Source of the DNA: Alphaproteobacteria bacterium
Lineage (GTDB): Bacteria; Pseudomonadota; Alphaproteobacteria; UBA828
NCBI GenBank assembly: GCA_965214705.1
Contig: OZ243972.1
Coordinates: 2,688,001-2,752,000 of the forward strand
DNA length: 64,000 nt
Direction of reading: 5' to 3'
Positions within the stretch are counted from its first letter, which is position 1. The number at the start of each line of letters is the position of its first letter. Below are positions 49,985 through 64,000 of the stretch, piece after piece. A program made the position numbers and the translations under genes. Under the pieces are notes generated by a model that was given only the letters and a program-made list of their open reading frames with translations, was not told the DNA's origin and ran no database searches.

Positions 49985-51154
49985 GTGACCGCCCCGAGTA
50001 ACCCCGTCCCTTACGCGGCTCCGCGCATCTCCGCCTTCTACGCGGCCTACTTCCTGGTGGCCGGGGTGGCGCTGCCGTTCTGGCCTCTTTTCCTGCAGGC
50101 GCGCGGGCTTTCGGTGACCGAGATCGGGTTCATGCTCGGGCTCACGCTGATGCTCCGCGCCGCCGCTGGCCCCTTCATCGGCCGATTTGCCGACCGCCGC
50201 GACAGCACGCGCGGGCCGCTCGTCGCCTGCGCGCTGACAGTGCTTCTGGTTGCCGTCGCCTTCTACTGGACCTGGGGCTTTTGGCCGATCTTCGTGGTCA
50301 GCACCGTCTTCACCCTGGTCTATGCCGGCGTGCTGCCGTTGGGGGAGACCATCGCGCTCCGCACCGTCTCCGCCGAGTCGGGCTACGGGCGCGTGCGGCT
50401 CTGGGGTTCGGTCTCTTACCTTGTTGCGGCTGCCGTAGGCGGCGCGGTGCTCGAGGTCGCGGAGGTGCCGTCCGCCGAGATCATCCTCTCCATGATCCTG
50501 GTCTGCATCGCGCTGATGATCGCGGGCTCCTTTGCCATGCCGGACAAGCGTGGCGGCGACGTGCCGCCCTCGGCGCCGATCTTAAGCGTGCTGAGGGAGC
50601 GGCGCTTTCGCCTGATGGTGTACGCCACCACCGCGATCCACGGCGCGCACGCGGTGTTCTACGGCTTCTCGACCCTCCACTGGCTCGCGTCCGGGCTCTC
50701 GGAGTGGGTGATCGGACTCTTGTGGGCGGGCGGGGTCGTCGCCGAGGTGATCCTCTTCGCATGGAATGCGCCGCTCGTCCGCCGCATCGGGCCAGTCGGG
50801 CTCCTGGGCACGGGGGCGGTGGCCGGAGTCGTACGCTGGGCCGTACTGGCGCTGACGACGGAGGTTTGGGCGCTGGCGCTTGCCCAATGCCTGCACGCCT
50901 TCACCTTCGGCGCGATGCACTTGGGGGCAATGGTCTTCATTGCGCGAACGGTGCCCGCCGGATCAGCGAACACCGCGCAGGCGCTGTTTGCCGCCACGAC
51001 CAACGGACTGGGCTTAGGCGCCGGCCTCCTGCTCGCGGGCGTGCTCTATGCCGCGTGGGGCGCGGGAGCCTACTGGGTGTGTGCGGCGGTCTCCGGTCTG
51101 GGCTTCATCGCGGCACTGGCGATGCGCCGTCCCGGACGGGAGGTGACTGCCTAG
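49985..51154 (+). CDS. MFS transporter (HcaT-like)
   Basis: Multiple TM helices, YGRVRLWGS, GVVAEV, LHAFTFG; GTG start assumed. Confidence 0.88.
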   Translation: MTAPSNPVPYAAPRISAFYAAYFLVAGVALPFWPLFLQARGLSVTEIGFMLGLTLMLRAAAGPFIGRFADRRDSTRGPLVACALTVLLVAVAFYWTWGFWPIFVVSTVFTLVYAGVLPLGETIALRTVSAESGYGRVRLWGSVSYLVAAAVGGAVLEVAEVPSAEIILSMILVCIALMIAGSFAMPDKRGGDVPPSAPILSVLRERRFRLMVYATTAIHGAHAVFYGFSTLHWLASGLSEWVIGLLWAGGVVAEVILFAWNAPLVRRIGPVGLLGTGAVAGVVRWAVLALTTEVWALALAQCLHAFTFGAMHLGAMVFIARTVPAGSANTAQALFAATTNGLGLGAGLLLAGVLYAAWGAGAYWVCAAVSGLGFIAALAMRRPGREVTA

Positions 51155-51336
51155 TGGCCGGCGGTGCCGGCTACGCCCTCTTTCAGGACGAAGCGGCGGT
51201 CGCAGTAGGGGCAGTCGATGGCCCCGTTGGATTCGAGATTGAGGAACACGCGCGGATGGCCGAGCGCGCCGCCGCCGCCATTGCATGAGACGACCGTGTC
51301 TTCGACCTCGATGATCTCGGGCGGATCGATGGTCAC
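51151..51336 (-). CDS. zf-CHCC zinc-finger protein
   Basis: CNGGGGALGHPRVFL...CPYC. Confidence 0.9.
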   Translation of the reverse strand: MTIDPPEIIEVEDTVVSCNGGGGALGHPRVFLNLESNGAIDCPYCDRRFVLKEGVAGTAGH

Positions 51337-51524
51337 GGGCCGTCCCTCGTCAATTCCTGCTGTTCCTGGCCGCCATTTGACCGAAGCGGCGGGGCGATGA
51401 TACCCATTGCCCGCCGCCATTCAACCGGGCGCCGCCGCCCAATCCGGCGCCATCCACTTCTTCGCAAGCTGAGCCTGGAGGGCATCGTCCTGCATCCGAC
51501 ACACGCCCACGACAGGGCCGCGCC

Positions 51525-52421
51525 ATGAGTGAGGCGATCCCCTACGTCCGGGATCTCGACTTCACCTACGGCAAGGTGGCGCAGATCTCGCCGCTGATCC
51601 GCCGGGTCATCGCGCACAACCCGAGCGTCTTCACCTTCCACGGCACTGGCACATACATCGTGGGGCGGGGCAATGTGGCGATCATCGATGCCGGCCCTGA
51701 CCTCTTGGACCATGTCGATGCCGTGCTCGCCGCCGTGCGCGGCGAGACCGTGACGCATCTCGTCGTGACTCACACCCACATCGATCATTCGCCGGCGACA
51801 CGCCATATCAAGGCCGCGACCGGGGCGCCGACCTATGGCTTCGGCCCGCACGGGGGCGGGGAGGGGCCGGCGGTCGAAGAGGGGGCGGACCGCGACTTCG
51901 TGCCGGATCACCGGGTCGAGGACGGTGTGTCGATCGAAGGCGACGGCTGGACGCTGGAGGCCGTGCACACGCCAGGCCATACCTCGAACCACCTGTGCTT
52001 CATGCTGGCGGAAGAGCAGGCGCTCTTCTCAGGCGATCACGTGATGGGGTGGTCGACCACGGTGGTCTCGCCGCCGGATGGCGACATGGGCGCCTACATG
52101 GCCTCGCTGGAGAAGCTCAAGACGCGCGACGAGTCGACCTACTGGCCCACGCATGGTCCCCCAATTCCCCAACCGCAGCGCTACGTCGGCAAGCTGCACG
52201 CTCACCGGCGCCAGCGGGAGGCGGAGATTCTATCCGCCGTCGCGAACGGCGCGGCGACCATTCCAGAGATTGTGGCCCTGCGCTACCGGGGGCTCGACCC
52301 GCGCCTGCGCCCCGCCGCCGCGCGGACGGTGCTCGCCCATTTGATCCATCTGGTCGAGAGCGGGCGCGTCGCCTGCCCGGGTGAGCCGAATGAAGACACG
52401 CGCTACCGCGCCATTATGTAG
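51525..52421 (+). CDS. Metallo-beta-lactamase fold hydrolase (LACTB2-like)
   Basis: THTHIDH, HTPGH, GDH, HG. Confidence 0.92.
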   Translation: MSEAIPYVRDLDFTYGKVAQISPLIRRVIAHNPSVFTFHGTGTYIVGRGNVAIIDAGPDLLDHVDAVLAAVRGETVTHLVVTHTHIDHSPATRHIKAATGAPTYGFGPHGGGEGPAVEEGADRDFVPDHRVEDGVSIEGDGWTLEAVHTPGHTSNHLCFMLAEEQALFSGDHVMGWSTTVVSPPDGDMGAYMASLEKLKTRDESTYWPTHGPPIPQPQRYVGKLHAHRRQREAEILSAVANGAATIPEIVALRYRGLDPRLRPAAARTVLAHLIHLVESGRVACPGEPNEDTRYRAIM

Positions 52422-52436
52422 CGAAGAAACAGAACC

Positions 52437-53228
52437 CTATCGGGCACGCTTCTTAGGCGGTGAGTCGCGGAACTCCTTGACCTGGGCGAGGGCGGCGCCC
52501 TGGAGCAGCTTCACGTCCTGGCCACAGACCACCAGGTCGTAGCCTCGCTCGAAGGTCCACTTCACCGTCTTGCCAGGGCGCGTGACGGTCGCGAGCAGCT
52601 TCCCCGTCGCCCGCATCTTGCGCTCCGCCTTCTGGATCAGCCGGATCACTTTCGGTTCTTTCATGTCCAGCATGTGGCCGATGCTCGCCGAGATGTCGCT
52701 CGGCCCCAGGAACAGCATGTCGACGCCATCGACGGCCGCGATCTCCTCGATGTTGTCGATCGCCTCCTCGGTCTCGATCTGGCAGGCGACCAGTAACTCC
52801 TGCGGCATTGCCGCGCGATAATCCGCGATCCGCGAGCCCCAGCCGGAGCAACGTGCGGCGTGCGGCGCTACCCCGCGCACACCTTCCGTCGGAAAGCGAC
52901 AGGCGGCGACCGCTGCCTCGGCCTCAGCGGCGTTCTGCACGTATGGCACGACGACGCCCATCACGCCGATGTCGAGGGCACGCTTGATGTAAACCATGTC
53001 GTTCCACGGCACGCGCATCATGGGAGTCGCGCCGGACGCTGCTGCTGCCTGCATCAAGCTGATGGCGTTGAGGAGGTCGCCCGGCCCGTGCTCGTGATCC
53101 ATGATGACCGTGTCGTAGCCGGCGTTGGCGACGACTTCGGCGGCAATGGGGCTGCCCATCGCGAGCCAGGCACCCAGCGCGGGCTCGCCCGCGAGCATCT
53201 TTCTCTTACAGCGGTTCTCGACGGTCAT
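52437..53228 (-). CDS. HpcH/HpaI aldolase family
   Basis: DHEH, RVP, LDIG, QIET, GPSD. Confidence 0.92.
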   Translation of the reverse strand: MTVENRCKRKMLAGEPALGAWLAMGSPIAAEVVANAGYDTVIMDHEHGPGDLLNAISLMQAAAASGATPMMRVPWNDMVYIKRALDIGVMGVVVPYVQNAAEAEAAVAACRFPTEGVRGVAPHAARCSGWGSRIADYRAAMPQELLVACQIETEEAIDNIEEIAAVDGVDMLFLGPSDISASIGHMLDMKEPKVIRLIQKAERKMRATGKLLATVTRPGKTVKWTFERGYDLVVCGQDVKLLQGAALAQVKEFRDSPPKKRAR

Positions 53229-53347
53229 GCGCGGCGCCTCCCGGTGGAGTATTGGGGATCAGGAGAAACCCATCGGTCCAGGACGCGTGGGCAATGGGCG
53301 CGGCCGGTTCTACCACGGCCTGCGCGGGCGGGACAGGCGGCGCAGGA

Positions 53348-55798
<2,451 letters not shown>

Positions 55799-55900
55799 TG
55801 TTCCTCGTGCGCCTTGCGATTGCGCGTCAGAGCGGTAGCCGATACCGAGGCGCGCCCGCAGGTAAGGTAAGTACGGCGGCGCAGCCGTTCAAGCGGTCAC

Positions 55901-57169
<1,269 letters not shown>

Positions 57170-57392
57170 GTCCGCTCCGTGCCGTCGCTTGCGGAGACGC
57201 GCCCGTCTATACTGCCGTTAAGCTCGCGACGCTCTTCTCCAGACAACCAGAACTCCGTGAGGTTGGCAAACACCCCGGCCCGTGTCTAGGCCGAACATTC
57301 GGTGATTTCGAGACCCAATATCTAGTGCCTCCCGGCCTACGTTTTCAGGTTAGATGCACCACGCGGCAGCCCGCTCCAGCCACCTGCGGACT

Positions 57393-58052
57393 CTAGCTTC
57401 CCTTCTTGGTGCCGCCCTTGGCTCCCGAGTCGTCCGGGGTTTCCGGCCGCCGCGCCACCACATCGTCCACGATACCGAAGTCCTTGGCTTCGTTGGGAGT
57501 CATGAACTTGTCACGTTCCAGGTTTTCTTCGATGATCGCAAGGTCCTGACCGGTATGGCTCACGTAAATTTCATTGAGACGCTGGCGCAGCAACAAGATT
57601 TCCTTGGCGTGGATCTCGATGTCGGTGGCCTGTCCCTGAAAGCCGCCGGACGGCTGGTGCAGCATGATCCGGGCATTGGGTAAAGCGAAGCGCTGCCCTT
57701 CCGCGCCGGCCGCCAGCAGGAGCGAACCCATCGAGGCTGCTTGTCCGATGCAGAGCGTGGCCACCGCTGGGCGCACATACTGCATCGTGTCGTAAATCGC
57801 GAGACCCGACGTCACCAGGCCACCGGGGCTGTTGATGTAGACCGAGATGTCCTTGGTCGGATTCTCGGATTCCAGGAACAAGAGCTGCGCGGTGACCAGG
57901 CTCGCGACTTCGTCGCCGATGCCGCCGGTGAGGAAAATGATTCGCTCCTTGAGCAGCCGCGAATAGATGTCGTAGGCACGCTCGCCCCGATTGGTCTGCT
58001 CCACAACCATCGGCACCAAGGTGTTGGCGTAGGTCTCGACGATATCCGCCAT
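57393..58052 (-). CDS. clpP: ClpP protease
   Basis: [21 protein letters not shown]. Confidence 0.99.
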   Translation of the reverse strand: MADIVETYANTLVPMVVEQTNRGERAYDIYSRLLKERIIFLTGGIGDEVASLVTAQLLFLESENPTKDISVYINSPGGLVTSGLAIYDTMQYVRPAVATLCIGQAASMGSLLLAAGAEGQRFALPNARIMLHQPSGGFQGQATDIEIHAKEILLLRQRLNEIYVSHTGQDLAIIEENLERDKFMTPNEAKDFGIVDDVVARRPETPDDSGAKGGTKKGS

Positions 58053-58079
58053 GACGCTCTCCTTATTCAGCGGGGCGGA

Positions 58080-59516
58080 TCAGCCCGACTCGTCTTGCGC
58101 GCTGCTTTCGCCCTCACCGACCTCTGCCGACTCTTCGTCGCCGACAGCAGCGGCTTCAGATTTCGACGGCTTTTCGTCGTCCTCCGGGTCGCGCAACAGC
58201 GTTTCCACATCCACCAACTCATCCGAGACCGCGGCGAGCTCACAGAGGAATGTGATGACCTTGTCCTCGAATACCGTGGGGCGGAAGCGCTCCAGTTGGT
58301 CTGGCTGGCTCCGGTAGAATTCAAGGAGGCGCTGAGGCTCCGGATGACCGCGCGCGCTCATCATGGCCGCGCGGAGCAGATCCTCCTGCTCGACCGTAAT
58401 GTCGTTGCTCCCCCCGATCTCCGCGATCAGGAGGCCGAGGCGCACGCGCCGCTCGGCGATCTGCCGAAACTCCTCCCGCGCCTCATCTTCCGGCTGATCG
58501 AGCATTGTGGCGATTTCCGACTCGGCGCGTTTGGCGTCGTTCTCGATTTGCTGCCAGACGGCATCGAACTCGCGCTCGACCATGCCGGGCGGCACGTCGA
58601 ACTTGTAGCGCTCATCGAGGACGTCGAGCAGCGAGCGCTTGAGGCGAGCCTGGGAGACCTGCTCATACTCCGACTGGATCTGCTCCCGTACCACGCCGCG
58701 CAGTGCGTCCAGGTTTTCGGCGCCTCGGCGTTCGGCGAAGGCGTCGTCGACCGTCACGGGCAGCCGCTCCTGCACCTCCTTGACTGTGATCTTGAAGACG
58801 GTGGCCTCCGCCGCTGCTGCGGGCTCATCCTGCTCTCCCGCCTCCTGTTCGGGCGTGGGCGGCGCCATCGTCACTTCCCGTTCCTGGCCTGCCTCAGCGC
58901 CCACGAGCTGCTCGGTCATTTCGGGCAAGAGTGCTTCGGCATCGAGCTCCAGCGGCACGTCCGTGCCGCTCCGCTCAGGCGCCGGTACGCCATCGACCTC
59001 GACAGCGATGTCGACCAGAAGCTGATCGCCTTCCTGTGCCGCTCTCGGCGTCTCGACCGGCTCGAACCGCTTTTCGGCCTCTGCGAGTCGGCCAAGCGCG
59101 TCCTCCACCGATTCGTCGGTCACTTCGGCCTTGAGTCGGGTGACGGTGAGGTCCGAGAAGTCGCCGAGCTCGATATTCGGCAAGACCTCCATCCCCATGG
59201 TGAACTCGAGATCCTTGCCCTCGTCGTAAGCCGTGATCTCGATCTCGGGCTGCATGGCCGGGCGCAGCTCGCGTTCCTCCAAGACCTCGCGCGAGCGCGT
59301 CTCGATGGTCTGCTGCAGCACCTCGCCGAGCACACGCGGCTGGTAATGGCGGCGCACGATGGAGAGCGGCACCTTGCCGCGACGAAAGCCCTTCATGGTT
59401 ATGGTCTTGCGCAGCTCGTCGAGCCGCCCCTCAACATCGGCTTCGAGATCGGCCGCCGGCACCGTCACCTTGAGCTCACGTTTCAGCCCCTCGGAGAGGG
59501 TTTCCGTTACTTGCAT
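58080..59516 (-). CDS. tig: Trigger factor
   Basis: MQVTET, GFRRGKVP; upstream of clpP. Confidence 0.95.
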   Translation of the reverse strand: MQVTETLSEGLKRELKVTVPAADLEADVEGRLDELRKTITMKGFRRGKVPLSIVRRHYQPRVLGEVLQQTIETRSREVLEERELRPAMQPEIEITAYDEGKDLEFTMGMEVLPNIELGDFSDLTVTRLKAEVTDESVEDALGRLAEAEKRFEPVETPRAAQEGDQLLVDIAVEVDGVPAPERSGTDVPLELDAEALLPEMTEQLVGAEAGQEREVTMAPPTPEQEAGEQDEPAAAAEATVFKITVKEVQERLPVTVDDAFAERRGAENLDALRGVVREQIQSEYEQVSQARLKRSLLDVLDERYKFDVPPGMVEREFDAVWQQIENDAKRAESEIATMLDQPEDEAREEFRQIAERRVRLGLLIAEIGGSNDITVEQEDLLRAAMMSARGHPEPQRLLEFYRSQPDQLERFRPTVFEDKVITFLCELAAVSDELVDVETLLRDPEDDEKPSKSEAAAVGDEESAEVGEGESSAQDESG

Positions 59517-59591
59517 AATCCTGCGCTCATGTCGTACTCCGCATGGCCGGCGGGCGCCCGATCGGGCCTCGGGCGCGAGCGGCATCGGCGA

Positions 59592-59676
59592 TGGTGCGGG
59601 CGAAGGGATTCGAACCCCCACGGCCTGAGCCACGTGGTCCTAAACCACGCGCGTCTACCAATTCCGCCACGCCCGC
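59592..59676 (-). tRNA. tRNA-Leu(TAG)
   Basis: 85-nt cloverleaf with variable arm, anticodon TAG, TTCGAAT, CCA. Confidence 0.96.
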
Positions 59677-59850
59677 GCGTCTCCGGTATGTCTCTGGTTC
59701 GTGAGTCCCTCCGGAAGCGGAGAAACTTCGCGCGCCCTATAGCACAGAAGGGCGCCAATGGGCCAAGACGCTATCGAGCAGCTTTTCCAGCTTGAACACA
59801 AGCCGGGATCGTGATGAGAAAATTGGGTTAGTCTGACGATATCTTGCTGC

Positions 59851-59940
59851 GGATGGGTGGCCGAGTGGTCGAAGGCACCGGTCTTGAAAACCGGCAGGGG
59901 CGCGAGTCCCTCGTGGGTTCGAATCCCACCCCATCCGCCA
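59851..59940 (+). tRNA. tRNA-Ser(TGA)
   Basis: 90-nt cloverleaf, anticodon TGA, long variable arm, CCA. Confidence 0.96.
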
Positions 59941-60220
59941 CTCATATTCTATAATTTATTGATTAACCATGATTTTTCGTGATTTTTCAGTTCTGCGTCC
60001 CTCAGTTTGCCTCAGAAATTCGTGGTATGGTGGCCACCTGGACCCCAGCCCGCTGCTGTTCTCCAGTGCTAGTTGTTCAGCGCGGGGGAATGGCGCCGAT
60101 AGGCGTTCTAACGTGTTGAGGTGGCTAGGCTTTAGGGGGTCAATGTTCCACGCTTGACAACATCCAGGGGTCCGCGCGAAGCCCTGCACCAGTCCTTCGA
60201 CGGCGTGGAGGCGTGATTCG

Positions 60221-61147
60221 ATGCTCCTTTGCTGCGGCGAAGCGCTGATCGACATGATCCCGACTCCGACCGAGGCGGGGCAGGAGGGCTACGTGCCCCA
60301 CGTCGGCGGCTCGGTCTTCAACACCGCGATCGCGCTCGGACGTCTAGGCGTGCAGACCGGAATGCTGACCGGGCTTTCCTCCGATCTGTTCGGCCAGCAC
60401 TTGACCGCATCGCTTCACGCGAACCATGTCGACACATCGCTCGTCGTCACCTCCGACCGGCCCACCACACTCGCGTTCGTCCAGATCACGGACGGCCAGG
60501 CCTCCTACCTGTTCTACGACGAGAACTCGGCCGGGCGGATGCTCGACCGGGCCGACATGCCCCCGCTGCCCGACGAAGTCAGCACGCTCTACTTCGGCGG
60601 CATCAGCCTGGTCTTCGAGCCGGGTGCCGAGGCCTATGCCGCGCTGCTGAAGCGCGAAGCCGCGGCCCGCGTGGTCATGCTGGACCCGAACATCCGCCCG
60701 AGCTTCATCCGGGACATCAGGCGATACCGCGACCGTCTGGATCAGATGATCGCGCTGTCGGACATCGTGAAAGTCTCGGACGAGGATCTGAACTGGATCT
60801 ATCCCGGCCCGCAGTCGCTGTTCGAGAAACTCGATTTCGTGCGCCAGGCCGGGCCGTCCGTCGTGATCCTGACGCGCAGCGGCAGCGGTGCCACCGCCTT
60901 CCTCAAGGACGGCACCGAGGTCTCGGTTCCGGTCGACCGCGTTGACGTCGTCGACACCATCGGCGCGGGCGATACGTTCAATGCGGGCGTGCTGGCCAAG
61001 CTCGCGGAGCTCGGGCTGCTCATCAAGGCATCGCTGGCCGCCATCGAGCGCGACCCGATAGGCGAAGCCCTGCGCTTCGGCACTCGGGTCGCAGGGGTCA
61101 CCGTTTCCCGCGCCGGTGCGAACCCGCCATGGCGCCATGAGCTTTGA
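60221..61147 (+). CDS. PfkB carbohydrate kinase (fructokinase-like)
   Basis: GEALID, GGS..N, DPNIR, DTIGAGD. Confidence 0.93.
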   Translation: MLLCCGEALIDMIPTPTEAGQEGYVPHVGGSVFNTAIALGRLGVQTGMLTGLSSDLFGQHLTASLHANHVDTSLVVTSDRPTTLAFVQITDGQASYLFYDENSAGRMLDRADMPPLPDEVSTLYFGGISLVFEPGAEAYAALLKREAAARVVMLDPNIRPSFIRDIRRYRDRLDQMIALSDIVKVSDEDLNWIYPGPQSLFEKLDFVRQAGPSVVILTRSGSGATAFLKDGTEVSVPVDRVDVVDTIGAGDTFNAGVLAKLAELGLLIKASLAAIERDPIGEALRFGTRVAGVTVSRAGANPPWRHEL

Positions 61148-61232
61148 AGGCGATATTCTCTTGATCGGTTAGTGAAGCGGGGATGCTCCTCTCAGTGGCG
61201 CCGTCTCTAGGCTGGCTGGAGGTGGACTTATC

Positions 61233-62696
61233 ATGGTTTCTCGAGTCATTCCGGTCGAGCCGTTCGATCTCGTGGTCTTCGGCGGCACTGGCGACCTGGC
61301 GCGGCGCAAGCTGCTGCCCGCGCTCTATCGCCGCATGCTTGCCGGGCAGGCGCAGCCCGGTTCGAGGATCGTCGCCGTCGGCCGCAGAGTGCTCGACGCC
61401 GACGGTTATCGCCGCATGGCCGAGGCGTCGCTCAAGGAGCATGCGGGTCCGGGCGCGCTCGATCCCGATCGGGCCGCGGCCTTCCTCGACATGCTCGACT
61501 ACGTGCACGTCGATGCGGAGGGCGAGGGCGGCTGGACCTCGCTGGCCGATCGGCTCGAGGGCTCTGAGCGCATGCGGATCTTCTATCTCTCGGTGTTTCC
61601 GCACCTCTTCGGACCAATCAGCGAACGGGTGGCGCGGAGCGGCTGCCGCACGCCCGACACGCGACTGGTGGTCGAGAAGCCGCTCGGCCGCGATCTCCAG
61701 AGCGCGCAGGTGCTGAACCGCCGGCTCGCAACGCTGTTCGAGGAGCGCCAGATCTACCGGATCGACCACTATCTCGGGAAGGAGACGGTGCAGAACCTGA
61801 TGGCGCTGCGCTTCGCCAACGCCCTGTTCGAGCCGATCTGGAACGCGCGCCATGTCGATCACGTGCAGATCACCGTCGCCGAGCGGGTCGGCGTCGGCGG
61901 CCGGGGCGCCTACTACGATGAGAACGGCGCGCTGCGGGACATGATGCAGAACCACCTTCTGCAACTGCTTTGCCTCATCGCCATGGAGCCGCCGGCGCAT
62001 TTCGAGCCGGACGCGCTGCGCGACGAGAAGCTCAAGGTGCTGCGCAGCCTGAAGCCGCTGGAGGGGCTCGGCGACGTGGTGCGCGGCCAGTATCTCGGCA
62101 TCAACGGCGAGACGGGCTACCTCGAAGACGCGGAGAATCCCCGATCGCGCACCGAGAGCTTCGTGGCGATCAAGGCGGAGATCGCCAACTGGCGCTGGAA
62201 CGGGGCGCCGTTCTACCTGCGCACCGGCAAGCGGCTGCGGACGCGGATGTCGGAGATCGCCGTCGTCTTCAAGGACGCCCCGCATTCGATCTTCCCCGCG
62301 AGCGCGGGCAGCACCGGCCCCAACGTGCTGGCGATCAGACTACAGCCAGACGAGGGGATCACGCTGAGACTGACGATCAAGGAGCCAGGCCCCGGCGGCA
62401 TGCGGCTCTGCGAGGTGCCGCTCGACATGACCTTTGCCGAGACCCTGGGTGCCGACGGGTTGAGCATGCCGGACGCCTACGAGCGGCTGGTGATGGACGT
62501 GATCCGCGGCGACCAGACGCTGTTCATGCGCGGTGACGAGGTGGAGGCGGCCTGGCGCTGGATCGATCCGATCATCGCGGCGGCGGAGACCGCGCCCGAG
62601 CGGCCGCAGCCCTACGACAGCTATTCGTCGGGCCCTGAGGATGCGCTGATGCTGATGCATCGCGACGGCCGGCGCTGGCGCTCGCTCGCGGCGTGA
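61233..62696 (+). CDS. zwf: Glucose-6-phosphate dehydrogenase
   Basis: [19 protein letters not shown]. Confidence 0.98.
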   Translation: MVSRVIPVEPFDLVVFGGTGDLARRKLLPALYRRMLAGQAQPGSRIVAVGRRVLDADGYRRMAEASLKEHAGPGALDPDRAAAFLDMLDYVHVDAEGEGGWTSLADRLEGSERMRIFYLSVFPHLFGPISERVARSGCRTPDTRLVVEKPLGRDLQSAQVLNRRLATLFEERQIYRIDHYLGKETVQNLMALRFANALFEPIWNARHVDHVQITVAERVGVGGRGAYYDENGALRDMMQNHLLQLLCLIAMEPPAHFEPDALRDEKLKVLRSLKPLEGLGDVVRGQYLGINGETGYLEDAENPRSRTESFVAIKAEIANWRWNGAPFYLRTGKRLRTRMSEIAVVFKDAPHSIFPASAGSTGPNVLAIRLQPDEGITLRLTIKEPGPGGMRLCEVPLDMTFAETLGADGLSMPDAYERLVMDVIRGDQTLFMRGDEVEAAWRWIDPIIAAAETAPERPQPYDSYSSGPEDALMLMHRDGRRWRSLAA

Positions 62697-63346
62697 CGCG
62701 GATCGTCGAGGCCGCGGATCCGGGCGCGCTGGCCCGCCTTCTGGCTGATGAGGTCGCGGCGGTGCTGGAGAAGGCGATTGGAGGCAGGGACCGGGCCACG
62801 CTGGCGGTGCCGGGTGGCACCACGCCGGCCGCGTTCCTGACCGCCCTCGGCGACCATGCGCTCGACTGGGAGGCCGTAGCGGTGACGCTCACCGACGAGC
62901 GCTGCGTCCGCGCCGATCATCCAGGCTCGAACCGGCGCTTGCTCGATGAAACGCTGTTTGCCGGCCCGGCCCGTGCGGCACAGTTCGTGGCGCTCGACGA
63001 CGAGCAGGTGCTCTCGACCCTCCTGCCGCTCGATGCCTGCGTGCTGGGGATGGGGGAGGATACGCACATCGCCTCGCTCTTCCCCGGTGCCGACCGCCTG
63101 GACGAGGCGCTTTCGGCGGACTGCGGCGCCCCGGCCCTTCGGCTCAACGCCCCCGGTGCGCCGGAGGCGCGCATCACGCTCACCACGCCGGCGCTGACCG
63201 GGGCGGGCCGCTGCTTCCTATTGATCCACGGCGCAGAGAAGCGCGCGGCTCTCGAACGGGCTCGGGCTGCGGCCGGCCCTGTGGACGCCCCGGTCCGGCT
63301 GGTCCTCGACGCACCGACCCCCGCGACCGTTTACTGGGCACCGTGA
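62693..63346 (+). CDS. pgl: 6-phosphogluconolactonase
   Basis: GGTTP, DER, GMGEDTHIASLF. Confidence 0.93.
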   Translation: MTRIVEAADPGALARLLADEVAAVLEKAIGGRDRATLAVPGGTTPAAFLTALGDHALDWEAVAVTLTDERCVRADHPGSNRRLLDETLFAGPARAAQFVALDDEQVLSTLLPLDACVLGMGEDTHIASLFPGADRLDEALSADCGAPALRLNAPGAPEARITLTTPALTGAGRCFLLIHGAEKRAALERARAAAGPVDAPVRLVLDAPTPATVYWAP

Positions 63347-63367
63347 GGCAACGATCGGGAGAGCCCG

Positions 63368-64000
63368 ATGCCACTGAACGATACCGTGCACCAGGTGACC
63401 GAGCGGATCCGCGCACGAAGCCGGACCGCCCGCACCGACTATCTCGAGCGCATGGCCCGTGCTGCTGACGCCGGGCCCGCGCGCGCGCATCTCTCCTGCG
63501 GCAACCTCGCGCACGCCTTCGCCGCGAGCCCTGATACAGACAAATCGCGTCAGGCCGAGGGCACCGCCGGCAACATCGGTATCGTCACTGCCTACAATGA
63601 CATGCTCTCGGCCCACCAGCCGTTCGAGGGCTATCCTGCGCTGATCCGTGAGGCGGCCAGGCAGGCCGGTGGCACCGCCCAGGTCGCCGGCGGCGTGCCG
63701 GCGATGTGCGACGGCGTCACCCAGGGCCAGCCCGGCATGGAGCTCTCGCTCTTCAGCCGTGATGTGATCGCGCTCGCGGCGGGCGTGGCGCTCTCGCACA
63801 ACTGCTTCGACGCCGCGATCTTCCTCGGCGTCTGCGACAAGATCGTCCCCGGCCTCGTGATCGCGGCAGCCACCTTCGGCCATATCCCGGCGATCTTCGC
63901 GCCGGCGGGGCCGATGACCTCGGGCTTGCCCAACGACCAGAAGGCCGCCGTGCGCCAGCGCTTCGCCCGTGGCGAGATCGGCCGGGACGAGCTGATGGCC
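63368..64000 (+). CDS. edd: Phosphogluconate dehydratase, truncated by window end
   Basis: [34 protein letters not shown]. Confidence 0.96.
   Translation, partial: MPLNDTVHQVTERIRARSRTARTDYLERMARAADAGPARAHLSCGNLAHAFAASPDTDKSRQAEGTAGNIGIVTAYNDMLSAHQPFEGYPALIREAARQAGGTAQVAGGVPAMCDGVTQGQPGMELSLFSRDVIALAAGVALSHNCFDAAIFLGVCDKIVPGLVIAAATFGHIPAIFAPAGPMTSGLPNDQKAAVRQRFARGEIGRDELMA

Overview
High-GC alphaproteobacterial-type DNA with two parts. (1) ~1-40.8 kb is a decaying integrative/mobilisable island whose left end lies outside the window. It carries leading-region-type genes (ssb, toprim primase, DUF2493/SLOG), a three-recombinase RIT element with 92-bp inverted repeats, an RHH protein and a complete Wadjet-like jetABCD SMC defence operon. 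It also carries a 6.4-kb module (two tandem tyrosine recombinases, a TM protein, Vsr, C5-methyltransferase, putative endonuclease, HEPN-like protein) bounded by two direct copies of an F-plasmid-like nic sequence (TGCGTGGGGTGT^G). Further right are a MOBF relaxase (frameshifted and interrupted by IS1634), a type IV coupling protein, HTH regulators, an IS91-type transposase/recombinase pair and a P4-like integrase. (2) ~40.9-64 kb is mostly chromosomal: a catabolic cluster (amidohydrolase, VOC dioxygenase, hydantoinase A/B), polA, tig-clpP-clpX-lon, tRNA-Leu(TAG), tRNA-Ser(TGA) and pfkB-zwf-pgl-edd. The most novel-looking signal is the nic-flanked defence cassette. All product calls come from motif recognition by eye; no database searches were run.
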